From contig CAWFOU010000007.1 in the NCBI GenBank assembly GCA_963817525.1, forward strand, positions 1,024,001 through 1,088,000: a DNA stretch of 64,000 bases, written 5' to 3'. Positions within the stretch are counted from its first letter, which is position 1, and each line of letters opens with the position of its first letter. Of the stretch, positions 10,448-19,890 are shown piece by piece. The position numbers were made by a program, and so were the translations under genes. The DNA comes from an uncultured archaeon (GTDB lineage: Archaea > Thermoproteota > Nitrososphaeria > Nitrososphaerales > Gagatemarchaeaceae). The notes under the pieces are model-generated. The model had not been told where the DNA came from. It saw only the letters and a program-made list of their open reading frames with translations, and ran no database searches.

Positions 10448-10924
10448 TTGAACGGGCTGCGAGCGGGGAAGTACGGTTTCAGGATCGCCTCGCTCATCGT
10501 GGAGATCCTCATCCTGCTGATAGTCGCGGGTCCGGCAGCGGGGGCCGTCTCTCCAGAGCTAGGGTCGCAGCACTACGGAGTGGGGATCGAGCTGTCGGCC
10601 ATCCAACCGCAGCTTCAAAGCGTCTTCTCGACCTCCAACATTATCGGGACACACGAGATATCGGTCCCCGCCTTTAACGAATGGCCCTTCTCAGCGAAGG
10701 CAGGCCTGACCCTCACGCTCGTCGACGGGAACCAGACCATCTACCAGAGCCAACCCGCGACTGTCCAGCTCGCCCCATTCCAGTCAGGCGACATCGACGT
10801 CTCGATGGTCTTCTCCCCCGCCCTGGTCTCTGAGATGGAGGGGCACAACGTCGGCGTGGGAGGCTCCATGACGCTCTCTGAAGTCCCGTTCTGGACGGTC
10901 ACGGTGAACCTGGCCGAGTCGTGA
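10448..10924 (+). CDS. Membrane-anchored hypothetical protein
   Basis: N-terminal TM then beta-rich domain; host-like codon usage. Confidence 0.6.
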   Translation: MNGLRAGKYGFRIASLIVEILILLIVAGPAAGAVSPELGSQHYGVGIELSAIQPQLQSVFSTSNIIGTHEISVPAFNEWPFSAKAGLTLTLVDGNQTIYQSQPATVQLAPFQSGDIDVSMVFSPALVSEMEGHNVGVGGSMTLSEVPFWTVTVNLAES

Positions 10925-10929
10925 TGTGA

Positions 10930-11379
10930 TTGGCGAGCATTGCGAACGGCCTCTCTAGAGCCGCCCTGAACTTCATCGTGGTCGGGGTCGCGCTCCCCTA
11001 CGTGATAGAGTCGCTCTCGTCGAAGATCTCCACCTACGTGTCGCTGCCGCCGGCAGGCGAGGTCTGGGCGGTCTTCGTCGCGATAGGGGCAGCTTTCGCG
11101 GTGACCGGGTTTCTCCAGCACGCATACTCCAAGGGCGAATACCCCTGGCTCGCCGGCAAGCTCTCGAGCGGCATCGTGGACATCGCGCTCTTCACCTACG
11201 CCTACTCACTCCTCCCGCAATCCGTAGGCTCAGCCTCCGGAGGGATCCAGGCCTCCGACCTGCTATACCTCATCTATCTCGCGATTGCCCTGCCCTACGG
11301 CTATCTGGTCCTCGACTTTTTCGATGCCAGACGAACCAAGAGCAGCGCCATATCGCAACCCTCCGCGGTGAGCGCGTAG
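10930..11379 (+). CDS. Small membrane protein (~4 TM)
   Basis: Hydrophobic segments; co-oriented with previous gene. Confidence 0.65.
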   Translation: MASIANGLSRAALNFIVVGVALPYVIESLSSKISTYVSLPPAGEVWAVFVAIGAAFAVTGFLQHAYSKGEYPWLAGKLSSGIVDIALFTYAYSLLPQSVGSASGGIQASDLLYLIYLAIALPYGYLVLDFFDARRTKSSAISQPSAVSA

Positions 11380-11382
11380 CCC

Positions 11383-12654
11383 CTATCTGCCCTTCGAGAC
11401 CTCATCGACCAGCTCCTTCGCCCTGTCGAAGCGGATCTTCTTCTCGGCTATCATCTTCTCCGCCACCTGGTCCACCGCCGTCCCTTTGGCACCGGCGCTC
11501 ATCGCGAGGGACCGCGCGTGGAGCTTCATGTGGCCCTTCTGGATCCCCTCCGAGGCAAGGGCCCGCAGGGCCGCGAAGTTCTGCGCCAGCCCGACCGCGC
11601 CCATCACTTCCGCCAGCTCGATCGCCGTCTTGATCCCGAGTATCTTGATGTTGGCCTTCGCCTCAGGGTGGACCCTCGCCGCGCCCCCCACCAGGCCCAC
11701 GGCCATCGGCATCTCCAGCGTCCCGACGAGGTCCCCGTCCTTGTTCTTCTTCCACGCAGTGAGGGGCTTGTACGCCCCCGAGCGCGCGGCGTAGCTGTGG
11801 GCGCCAGCTTCCAGGGCCCTTGTGTCCTGCCCGCACGCAAGCGCGACTGCTATCACGCCGTTCATGATGCCCTTGTTGTGGGTGGCACACCTGTACGGGT
11901 CGCCCTCCGCAAACGCGTAGGCGTAGACTATCCCCTCGACGACCTCCTTGCCCCCGAGCGCCTCCCTCTCGAAGACCGCGGTGGCCTTTACGAGCCTCTT
12001 GTCCGCGAGGTTCGAGATTATCCTGAGGTAGACCTTGCCACCACTGATCTCCTCGACCAGGGGAGCAACCGCCTCCGCCATGGTGTTGACCGCGTTTGCG
12101 CCCATGGCGTCGCCGGTGTTCACGAGGAGCTCGACTATCACCATGGGCCCCTTGAGCGTCTTGATGACCTTCACTCTGATGTCCTTCGCCCCGCCGCCCA
12201 GCGAGACCAGCATGGGGTCCTGCTCGTTGGCTCTGGCGAGGAGCACCCTCTTCTTCACGAGCAGCCTCTTGGCCGCCGCCTGCGGCTTTGGCACCCCCAC
12301 CGTCTGGATCTGCCCGATCATCACCGGGCCTGTGTTCGTGACATTGAAGCCTCCCTTCACCCTAGCGATCTTCGCGGCGTTGCTCGCCGCGGCGACCACC
12401 GAGGGCTCTTCGAGCGCCATGGGCACGACGTAGTCCCTGCCGTTGACGAGGAAGTTGGTGGCCATCCCCAGCGGAAGGGTCATCCCGCCCACGACGTTCT
12501 CTATCATCCTGCTGGCGACGTCCGCGGATAGCCCGCCAGTGTTCCCGATCGCCTTCGCCTCCTCCTCGGTGAGCCCAGCAAGCTTCCTGACGAGCTCGAG
12601 CCTCTCCTGGACGCTGAGCTTGTAGAAACCCGGAAGCTCCGAAGTTCCCTCCAT
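11383..12654 (-). CDS. hmgA: HMG-CoA reductase, class II
   Basis: EEPSVVAA, DAMGANAVNT, THNKGIMNG, GIQKGHM. Confidence 0.97.
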   Translation of the reverse strand: MEGTSELPGFYKLSVQERLELVRKLAGLTEEEAKAIGNTGGLSADVASRMIENVVGGMTLPLGMATNFLVNGRDYVVPMALEEPSVVAAASNAAKIARVKGGFNVTNTGPVMIGQIQTVGVPKPQAAAKRLLVKKRVLLARANEQDPMLVSLGGGAKDIRVKVIKTLKGPMVIVELLVNTGDAMGANAVNTMAEAVAPLVEEISGGKVYLRIISNLADKRLVKATAVFEREALGGKEVVEGIVYAYAFAEGDPYRCATHNKGIMNGVIAVALACGQDTRALEAGAHSYAARSGAYKPLTAWKKNKDGDLVGTLEMPMAVGLVGGAARVHPEAKANIKILGIKTAIELAEVMGAVGLAQNFAALRALASEGIQKGHMKLHARSLAMSAGAKGTAVDQVAEKMIAEKKIRFDRAKELVDEVSKGR

Positions 12655-12712
12655 CTGTCTCCAGGCGCGCTTCGCCCGACCCCGTATTAAATCTGAGACC
12701 GCAGGCCGGGCC

Positions 12713-13654
12713 TCAGCCCTTGCTCGGCTTCAGCCGCTTCTCGGGGGCACCAACGATGCCGCGGACGGCGAGCTCCCTCAGGATTTCCTTGGAGTCGCTC
12801 CCCCTCCCTACAGCGCTCCTGAGCATGGCCTCCCCGGCCTTGGACTCCCCGTTCCTCAGCATCCCCAGGGCGAACCAGAGCCTGAGCTCCGCGCTCTCCG
12901 GGGACAGGGAGATCGCCTTGGAGAACTCCCTCCCTCCCTTCGCGAGGTCCCCCCTGGCGAGAAGCTCCTCCCCGCTCGCGGCGTGGCCGTAGGCCTCCTG
13001 GACCTTGAGCATGGCCTTCAGCTCCCTGAGCGGGCTGTCGCTGCTATCCACGCGCAGGTCCAGCAGCCTCCCCTCCCAAGGCGTGTTCGTGGGCAAGGCC
13101 GCGACCACCATCACCGCCGCGGACCTCACTGCGCCCCTTGTGGCCTGCCCCCCCGCCTCGAGGGCTGCCACCATCCTCCCCGCCAGGCCCGCCTTGGCGC
13201 CGCGATATGCCGCAGCCACCGACCTCCAGGCCCTCTTCGCGCCCACGAAGTTCGCCTGGACGCAGAACCCCCTGCCCGCCAGGTGGCCTGACTCTGGAAG
13301 GCAGCCCTTCCCTGTGTGTGCCGCAGTCCGCCCCTTCGAGTCCATCATCATCACCTGTCTCACACCCGGTCTGGGGTCGGTGGCGAGCAGGGACTTTAGC
13401 GCCTGGGGCGGGGTCTTCCCTCCCTTCAGGAGGGCCAGCCCCAGGGGGCCGTACGTCGGCTCCACTGTCCCCTGCGCGACGACCACGCCCACCCCTGGCT
13501 CGGTCCAGATGGTCCTCGAGCCGACCGAGAAGGACTGCGAGAGCACCGCGGCGCCCATCTCGCCCGTCCTCCTGTCGAGCGCGACTATCGAAAGTGCCCC
13601 CCCGAGGGGCGTCAGGGTCATCGTGAACTCGGCGCCAACATCGGATAAAAGCAC
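12713..13654 (-). CDS. DUF1028 (Ntn-hydrolase-like) protein with TPR-like tail; start uncertain
   Basis: SIVALD..TGEMGAAV.S..FSVGS, AAHTG..C, LDLRVD. Confidence 0.8.
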   Translation of the reverse strand: MLLSDVGAEFTMTLTPLGGALSIVALDRRTGEMGAAVLSQSFSVGSRTIWTEPGVGVVVAQGTVEPTYGPLGLALLKGGKTPPQALKSLLATDPRPGVRQVMMMDSKGRTAAHTGKGCLPESGHLAGRGFCVQANFVGAKRAWRSVAAAYRGAKAGLAGRMVAALEAGGQATRGAVRSAAVMVVAALPTNTPWEGRLLDLRVDSSDSPLRELKAMLKVQEAYGHAASGEELLARGDLAKGGREFSKAISLSPESAELRLWFALGMLRNGESKAGEAMLRSAVGRGSDSKEILRELAVRGIVGAPEKRLKPSKG

Positions 13655-13709
13655 TCGCCCCGCATTCGGGTAAGGATAAAAACTGCAGTTTGCCGGCAGC
13701 CAATTCGGC

Positions 13710-13787
13710 GGGCCGGTCGTCTAGCTTGGTTTGGACATCGCTCTGACACGGCGAAGGTCGAGTGTTCAAATCACTCCCGGCCCACCA
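13710..13787 (+). tRNA. tRNA-Val(GAC), CCA encoded
   Basis: GGGCCGG/CCGGCCC acceptor stem; anticodon arm TCGCT-CTGACAC-GGCGA; TTCAAAT T-loop. Confidence 0.95.
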
Positions 13788-13847
13788 CCTCCTCCTTTTC
13801 CATCCATCCGATTACGGTTAAAGCGGCGAGGCATCGGAGCCCCATCG

Positions 13848-15245
13848 TTGGACAAGGTAGGCGTGCTCGTGGTCTCAAAGTGCCTGAGCGCCTCGGCGAT
13901 GATCGACACCCTCGCGAGGAGCGACAGGTACCTCCCCGAGTTCTACGTCGCGGAGAGGCAGGTCAACCCATTCAACTTCTCAAAGGCGAAGGTCCACAGG
14001 GTGATCCCGGACCTCAACGTCGGGGACATCGCGAAGTTCGCCAGCAGGTACGAGAAGCAGATCGCCTTCGGCCTCACCGACACGGAGGACTTTGTCACGG
14101 CCGGGGGGCGGGACATAGTGGAAAGGGAGACCGGAATCCAGATGCTCTGCGTCACGAAGGAGTTCGCGGTCGAGGCGAGCAAGGCCGACCAGCGCCTGCT
14201 CTTCGAGAGGCTGTGCCCGGAGGCGAACCCGCGCTACAAGGTCTTCGACCCCGCCAAGTACCAATCCGCGGACGCGGCCGTCGCCGAGCTCAGGAGCTTC
14301 TCGAAGGAGCTCGAGGGCGGGTTCGCGATAAAGCCCGACGCGCCCACGAGGGGCGCCGGGGTCGGGGTCTGGGGGAAGGACTTTCTGACCGAGGAAGAGG
14401 CCGTTGGCTTCTTCCGAAACGTCTACTCGAAGGGGCGGATCGTGGTCGAGGAGCGCATCGAGGGGGAGGAGTCGAGCTTCCACGCGTTCAGCGACGGGCG
14501 GCACTTCGTCCCCGCCCCGCTGACCCGCGACTACAAGCGCGCCCTCGACGGGGACAAGGGGAAGCTCACCGGAGGGATGGGGAGCTACAGGGGCCCGGAG
14601 GACCGCCTCCCCTTCCTCCCACCGTCGGAGTGGGACTCGGTGGTCCGCCTCGAGCAGGGCGCGTTCGAGAAGTGGAAGGGCAGGGGCTCGAACCCTGGCC
14701 TCAGGGGGATTGTCCTCTACGACGCCCTCATGCACACGCGCGGGGGGTTCAAGATACTCGAGAGAAACAGCAGGGGAGGGAACACCGAGCAGATGTGCCT
14801 CCTCACCACCATGCTCGACGACTATATCGACGTCTGCTACCGAATGGTCGACGGGAGCCTGAAGGGGATCAGGTTCTCGAACAAGGCCTCCGTGGTGACC
14901 TGCGCCGTCCCCCTCAACTACGGGACGGGCGGGCCCCAAGGCCCCGCCGAGGAGGCCGTGAACCTCGACCACGCGCTCGCGCTCGAGGGCGGGAAGCACG
15001 ACCTCAGGGTCTTCCCCATGGACCTAAGGCTCGACGATACCGGGATGACGCTGATGGGCACCTCGCGCTCCGTGGCGGTCGCGGGCGTGGCCGCGTCGGT
15101 CGAGGACGCCCACGACATCTCGGTGGAGGGGGCGAAGGCCCTGGGCCGCAAGTTCCGCTTCCGGGAGGACGTGGGGAGCGGGGCGGATATCGCGAAGAGC
15201 AGGGAGCACCTGCAGGCGGTCAGGAAGGCCGGAAGCGGGAAGTAG
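13848..15245 (+). CDS. purD: Phosphoribosylamine--glycine ligase-like ATP-grasp enzyme (divergent)
   Basis: E.SK, IKPD....GAGV, EERIEGEESS, RDYKRALDGDKG.LTGGMGSY, ILERNSRGG. Confidence 0.75.
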   Translation: MDKVGVLVVSKCLSASAMIDTLARSDRYLPEFYVAERQVNPFNFSKAKVHRVIPDLNVGDIAKFASRYEKQIAFGLTDTEDFVTAGGRDIVERETGIQMLCVTKEFAVEASKADQRLLFERLCPEANPRYKVFDPAKYQSADAAVAELRSFSKELEGGFAIKPDAPTRGAGVGVWGKDFLTEEEAVGFFRNVYSKGRIVVEERIEGEESSFHAFSDGRHFVPAPLTRDYKRALDGDKGKLTGGMGSYRGPEDRLPFLPPSEWDSVVRLEQGAFEKWKGRGSNPGLRGIVLYDALMHTRGGFKILERNSRGGNTEQMCLLTTMLDDYIDVCYRMVDGSLKGIRFSNKASVVTCAVPLNYGTGGPQGPAEEAVNLDHALALEGGKHDLRVFPMDLRLDDTGMTLMGTSRSVAVAGVAASVEDAHDISVEGAKALGRKFRFREDVGSGADIAKSREHLQAVRKAGSGK

Positions 15246-15254
15246 GGCGCGGCC

Positions 15255-15345
15255 CTACTGGACGTAGACGGCCATCTGCTGCTCGATCTTCCGGAGCCTC
15301 TCGACCCTGTGCGGGAGGGACGGAGGTGTCGAGAGAGCTCGAGCC
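15255..15345 (-). pseudogene. Probable 3' remnant of an HtpX/M48 peptidase gene
   Basis: Reads STPPSLPHRVERLRKIEQQM*, like the M48 C-terminal STHPxxxxRIxxL motif; host-like GC that ends abruptly at the low-GC cassette. Confidence 0.45.
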
Positions 15346-15351
15346 GGCATC

Positions 15352-15399
15352 ATGGCGCCATAATAGTTATTTAGGGCGCCATAAAGAGTGTGGCGCCAT
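15352..15399 (+). promoter_or_regulatory. Promoter with three GGCGCCAT operator-like boxes flanking the TATA box
   Basis: GGCGCCAT at 15354, 15375 and 15392; TTATTTAG at 15367-15374. Confidence 0.65.
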
Positions 15400-15607
15400 G
15401 GTGAAACTGCAGAAACACAAGGCATACACGTATCAGGCCAACGACGGAGAGAAAATCGACCATTACAAGTATTCAATCAACATTCCAGAGAGTGCCATAG
15501 CAGAGCTTGGTTGGGCGGAGGGGCAGGAAATCAATTTGCGAATTGACCAGCATGCGTTGGCGCTTAAAGCCGGCAAGGGCCCTAAGGGGGAGGCGAAAGA
15601 GAAATGA
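15398..15607 (+). CDS. AbrB/MazE-family DNA-binding protein (69 aa)
   Basis: YSINIPESAIAELGWAEGQEINL swapped-hairpin motif; ATGA overlap with next gene. Confidence 0.8.
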   Translation: MVKLQKHKAYTYQANDGEKIDHYKYSINIPESAIAELGWAEGQEINLRIDQHALALKAGKGPKGEAKEK

Positions 15608-16320
15608 CGTTGACGGTGTGCCTTACGGGTAAGGATGGGATTGTGATAGGGTCGGACAGTCGTGGGACCTTTGGCGACCCGCGAGGAGTTACCGCACAAA
15701 ATGATACCATCAAGAAGACGTATCTGGTGGGCGACGTTGGAATCCTGATGGCAGGCGCAACAAATGGCAACATGATAGTTGAAGAGGTTGCGAAAGCAGT
15801 TACGGCAGAGAAAATCCAAGGTGTAACTAAGACGATGGAGAAGGTGCGAGAGATAAGCATGAAGAAATTTGATGAGTGGTTTCCGGGATTTCCATACTTC
15901 GCTGAGCAGGGACAGAATCCTGCATTTCAACGGCCCAACATGCAGTTGACAATCGCAGGATATGATACTGATGATGGTAAGCGGGTTCCACGACTCTACA
16001 GCATGGTAAGCAACTACGCTTTCGCGCCGAACTTGCATGATTTCGGATCTGCTTTGGGTGGCGTTGCCCAATACGCGTTGTACCTGCTGAATCGTCTGCA
16101 TGCTCCTGAAATGGGGGTTGCGAGTCTCAAGCACTTGGCTGCCTACGTGATAACTGAGACCGCCTCCCAAGATGGGAAGGTCGGCGGTCCAGTTCAGTTG
16201 GGAGTAATTCTTCCACAAGGCGGAGCCTACATGCTCACCAAAGAGCAAATAGAAGCAATACTCGTCGAGAACGAGAAAAGCAGCAAAGGCCTTAAGAGTC
16301 TGTTCAACAAGGTAGGATAA
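15604..16320 (+). CDS. Proteasome-subunit-like Ntn hydrolase
   Basis: N-terminal Thr, GIVIGSDSR, KK, ILMAG, IAGYD, DGKVGG. Confidence 0.8.
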   Translation: MTLTVCLTGKDGIVIGSDSRGTFGDPRGVTAQNDTIKKTYLVGDVGILMAGATNGNMIVEEVAKAVTAEKIQGVTKTMEKVREISMKKFDEWFPGFPYFAEQGQNPAFQRPNMQLTIAGYDTDDGKRVPRLYSMVSNYAFAPNLHDFGSALGGVAQYALYLLNRLHAPEMGVASLKHLAAYVITETASQDGKVGGPVQLGVILPQGGAYMLTKEQIEAILVENEKSSKGLKSLFNKVG

Positions 16321-16322
16321 CC

Positions 16323-16508
16323 ATGGAAGTCAGGGTAGTCAAGTCCCCGTTGCCCTACGGCATAGAGAATTTGCCAGAATCCACACAGATGGGGTTTGTG
16401 ACTACGAATATTACACTAGAGAGTGGAATAGTGATTACTAATTCCAACCAGTTTTCCTCCGACGACGACTTTGAAAAGGAAGCCACTGACTACGAAACGG
16501 ATTCCTAA
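16323..16508 (+). CDS. 61-aa protein with acidic C-terminal tail
   Basis: Starts 2 bp after the upstream stop; ends SSDDDFEKEATDYETDS. Confidence 0.55.
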   Translation: MEVRVVKSPLPYGIENLPESTQMGFVTTNITLESGIVITNSNQFSSDDDFEKEATDYETDS

Positions 16509-16699
16509 ATAGTGCGGAATCATCCTATTTTATTCGTAGCTTCGGAAATCCGCGGATGGGAATTGCGACAACCAATCCCGTCGCCGTGCTTGGGATACTC
16601 AGGCAGCCTTCAGCGACCGTTAGTGGTCTCGGCTACTACAGTCATTCTCTACACCAAACCTTTCCAAAAAGGTTAAAGAAATCCTGATGGGGTTTCTCT

Positions 16700-17302
16700 T
16701 TGGCGATTCAGTTGTCGTCCGCAGACGAGTGGTTCAAGCGGTGGGGGAAGACGATGCCGTTCGGGCCTTGGTCCTACGCCGACGTCGACGAGATGATGAA
16801 GGAGATGGAGAAGGAGTTCATGGAGCTGTCTGACATCGAGAGCCACGTCCCGAAGGAGCTGGTGAGGGAGAAGCGGGCCGAGGACGGGAGCGTGACCAGG
16901 GAGATCGGCCCCATCGTCTACGGCTACTCGATGACGATCGGCCCCGACGGCAAGCCTGTCATCCGCGAGTTCGGGAACGTGAAGCGCAGCCCCAGCAAGG
17001 AGTGGAGGGAGGCCATAAGCGACACGCGCGAGCCGCTGGTCGACGTCGTGGAGGGGGACAAGGAGGTGCGGGTGCTCGCCGAGCTGCCAGGCGCGAAGAA
17101 GGAGGACATCGAGCTGACCACGGAGGGCAGGACCCTGGTGATTTCCGCGGAGACCTCCATGAGGAAGTACCGGAAGGAGCTGGAGCTGCCCTACTCGGCG
17201 GAGCTCAAGGGGTCCAAGTCCAACTTCAACAACGGCATACTCGAGATAACGATACCGAAGCGAAAGGGCAGGTCGTCGGGCGTCAGGATAAAGGTCGACT
17301 GA
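16700..17302 (+). CDS. hsp20: Archaeal Hsp20 small heat-shock protein
   Basis: GPIVYGYSMTIGPDGKPVIREFGN, REPLVDV, NNGILEI, IKVD tail. Confidence 0.95.
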   Translation: MAIQLSSADEWFKRWGKTMPFGPWSYADVDEMMKEMEKEFMELSDIESHVPKELVREKRAEDGSVTREIGPIVYGYSMTIGPDGKPVIREFGNVKRSPSKEWREAISDTREPLVDVVEGDKEVRVLAELPGAKKEDIELTTEGRTLVISAETSMRKYRKELELPYSAELKGSKSNFNNGILEITIPKRKGRSSGVRIKVD

Positions 17303-17308
17303 GCGCTC

Positions 17309-17761
17309 TCAGCGGTAGGGTCCGCCTTCTTCCTCCTTGAGCCTTGCCAGCGCGTTGAGCGCCGGGTCCTGAAAGTCGTTCCTCTTGGCCAGCCACCTCG
17401 CCAGCTCGAGCGACGTGATGACACCCGCCAGCTCCCCCGACTCGTCGACCACTGGGAGTTTCCGCACGCCGTAGTCGCTCATGATCCCCGCCGCCTCCGT
17501 CACCGTCGCCTTCACTTTCACTGTGATGACCGGCGAGGACATGATGTCCCTGAGGAGGACCTCGCCGGGGTTCGCCCCCACGGCGATGACCTTCTCGATC
17601 ATGTCAGTCGAGGTGACTATCCCGACGACGAGCTCGTCCTTCGCGACCACGAGGCACTGCTCGCTCCTCTTCGCGATAAGGCCCGCCGCGGCGGTGACGG
17701 TCATGTCCGGGTCGACCGCCTCGGGCTTCTTCCGCATCATGGAGTCGACGAGCGCTTCCAC
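17309..17761 (-). CDS. CBS-domain protein
   Basis: Tandem CBS repeats (VGIVTSTD, RKLPVVD, GVIT). Confidence 0.9.
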   Translation of the reverse strand: MEALVDSMMRKKPEAVDPDMTVTAAAGLIAKRSEQCLVVAKDELVVGIVTSTDMIEKVIAVGANPGEVLLRDIMSSPVITVKVKATVTEAAGIMSDYGVRKLPVVDESGELAGVITSLELARWLAKRNDFQDPALNALARLKEEEGGPYR

Positions 17762-17805
17762 AGCCCCTCCCCGGCAAGGGGGAGCATTAAACGCGTTTCA
17801 GCCTT

Positions 17806-19023
17806 GGGTTCTGGTGGGGTCTTCGGGAGATGGGCGCTTATATCTCGAAATCGCCTTTCAAGGGATGGAGTCGGTCAGGGCGATCCGCTTCAGGTACGAG
17901 GCCTCCGAGGAGCTGTCCTCCCTTTTCGAGGAGTTCCGCCTCATGTGCAACGACGCCATCAGGATAGCCTTGAAGGAAGCCCAAGAGCAGGTTCAGGCTC
18001 ATCGAGCTAGCCTACCCCAGGCTCAAGAGTTACGGCCTCCACACCCACTGCATCCTCTCCGCTTGCGAGGTCGCCTATTCCGCCTGCAAGAACCGGAAGA
18101 GAAAGCCCATACCCCGCATCACGAGGCCGTTCATCAAGCTCGACAGCAAGACATACACCCTGAACCACTTAATCGTCAGGATCCCGACGCGGCCAAGGCA
18201 CTTCATCTATCTGACCCTTCACGCGTCCAACTACCACCTTTCCTTCGTCGACGACCCTGCTCTGAAGCGGGGTTCGATCACCCTCACCGACACAGCGCTC
18301 GCGATAGCTTTCACCAAAAAGACCGCCGAGAACAAGCCCCGCGGGAGGATGGGGATAGACGTGAACGAGAGGAATGTGACATGGGCCGACTCGGCAGGGA
18401 CGGTGCGGAAGGAAGACACGTCTGCGGTCGCCGAGCTCAAGGAGAGATACAAGGCGCTCAGGGCGAAGATCGCCGAACGGACGAGCAAGGACAGGCGTAT
18501 ACAGCGCCGGCTCCTCTCGAAGTATGGAAGGCGCGAGAGAGACAGGACTACCCAGGCCCTCCACCGCGTCACAAAGAGGGTCGTCGGGCACGCGAAGGCG
18601 AACGGCCAGGCGATCGTCATGGAGAACCTCAAGGGGATAAGGAAGCTCTATCGCAGAGGGAACGGACAATGACCGTCCTTCAGGGGAAGGATGAACTCGT
18701 GGACGTTCCGCGAGATCCAGCGGCAGATCGAGTACAAGGCGCGATGGGAGGGCGTCCCCGTCCACCACGTCGACCCCAGAGGCACGTCCCGAAAATGCCC
18801 GAAGTGTGGCTCCTCGCTAATGGAAATCGAAGGGCGCCGGCTGATGTGCCCTTCGTGCAAGCTGGTCGAGGATAGGGACGATATAGCCGCGATGAACCTG
18901 ATGGCCTGCGAGGTTCCGCAGGCTCGGCCTGGCGGGTGAAGCTGTGATGGGGAACGAGACGTCGACTCCAATCCTCGGAGCAGATGCCAGGAAGGCGCGT
19001 CTCACGGAGGCGCACCAGAACCC
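17806..19023 (+). mobile_element. TnpB-only (IS200/605/607-related) element
   Basis: tnpB with no tnpA; GGGTTCTGGTG (17806-17816) and CACCAGAACCC (19013-19023) inverted repeat. Confidence 0.7.
17865..18939 (+). pseudogene. tnpB: RNA-guided endonuclease TnpB, disrupted
   Basis: RuvC GIDVN, IVMENL, DRDDIAAMNL; Zn finger CPKC..CPSC; frameshifts near the 5' end and in-frame TGA at 18670-18672. Confidence 0.9.
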
Positions 19024-19029
19024 GCGGGC

Positions 19030-19824
19030 CTACCTTGGGAACGCCGCGTCAAGCTGCTTCCTCTCCTCCGGGCTCAGCTCCCAGCCGCTGGCGCCGAGGT
19101 TCTCCCGCACGTGCTCCGCCCTCGAGGCCCGGGGGATCGCGAAGACGTTCCTCCCCGAGACGAGCCAGTTCAGCGCGACCTGCGCGGGGGTCTTCGAGTG
19201 CGCGTTGCACACCGCGCCCATCTTCGCCCTCGCGCCCGGACCTGTGAGCTTGCCGTGGCCCAGAGGGTAGTAGGCGATTATCGTTATCTTGTTGCTCTCG
19301 CAGTAGGGCAGGAGGTCCGCCTCTATCTCCCTGTTCGCCAGCGAGTAGTCGACCTGGTTGGAGGCCAGCTGGGACTTTTTGAGCGCGGCGTTGGCGTCGA
19401 TGGTCTGCTTGAGCGAGAAGTTGCTCACGCCGATCGAGAGGAGCTTCCCCTTGTCCTTCATCTCCTCCATCGCGCCCATCGTCTCTGCGATAGGGACCTT
19501 CGTGTTCGGGAAGTGGACCTGGTATAGGTCAACGTACGGGGTCCCGAGCCTCTTGAGGCTCTTCTCGAGGGCCTTCACCAGCGCGTCCCTCCTCAGGTGG
19601 TTGGACCAGACCTTCGTCGCGATGAAAAGGTCCTCCCTCTTCCTCCCGACCATGGCCTTCGCGACGAGCTCCTCGGACCCGTAGATCTCCGCCGTGTCGA
19701 TGAAGTTGATCCCGCCGTCAAGGCCCGCCTTCAGCGCCTCGACCTTGGAGGCCGCCCCCCTCCTCCACCCTAGGGTCTTCGCCGTCGCTATCCACTGGGG
19801 GTCGTAATAGGTCCCCATCCCCAC
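19030..19824 (-). CDS. Aldo/keto reductase (homology extends ~40 bp upstream)
   Basis: IDTAEIY, ATKVW, DLYQVH, IGVSNFS, AYYPL, IPRAS. Confidence 0.93.
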   Translation of the reverse strand: MGMGTYYDPQWIATAKTLGWRRGAASKVEALKAGLDGGINFIDTAEIYGSEELVAKAMVGRKREDLFIATKVWSNHLRRDALVKALEKSLKRLGTPYVDLYQVHFPNTKVPIAETMGAMEEMKDKGKLLSIGVSNFSLKQTIDANAALKKSQLASNQVDYSLANREIEADLLPYCESNKITIIAYYPLGHGKLTGPGARAKMGAVCNAHSKTPAQVALNWLVSGRNVFAIPRASRAEHVRENLGASGWELSPEERKQLDAAFPR

Positions 19825-19890
19825 CTCGGTGACCCGCGTCGCGTTCCCCAGGGGCTTGGACGTGATGCCGGTCTGGGGCTGCGAGGCCGT

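Noticed and set aside
13880-15397. Long alternative-frame ORFs (e.g. 13880-15607, 51435-52694, 11518-12531, 45049-46254)
   Set aside because: Arg/Gly/Pro-rich shadow frames of high-GC genes; only the last 69 codons of 13880-15607 are real (AbrB)
13848-16320. purD-like ATP-grasp and proteasome-like gene as an Anbu-type peptide ligation operon
   Set aside because: Different GC, separate promoter and an intervening opposite-strand gene remnant; the ATP-grasp keeps PurD-specific motifs
18670-18672. In-frame TGA in tnpB as readthrough
   Set aside because: The gene also has frameshifts; consistent with a single substitution such as GGA to TGA
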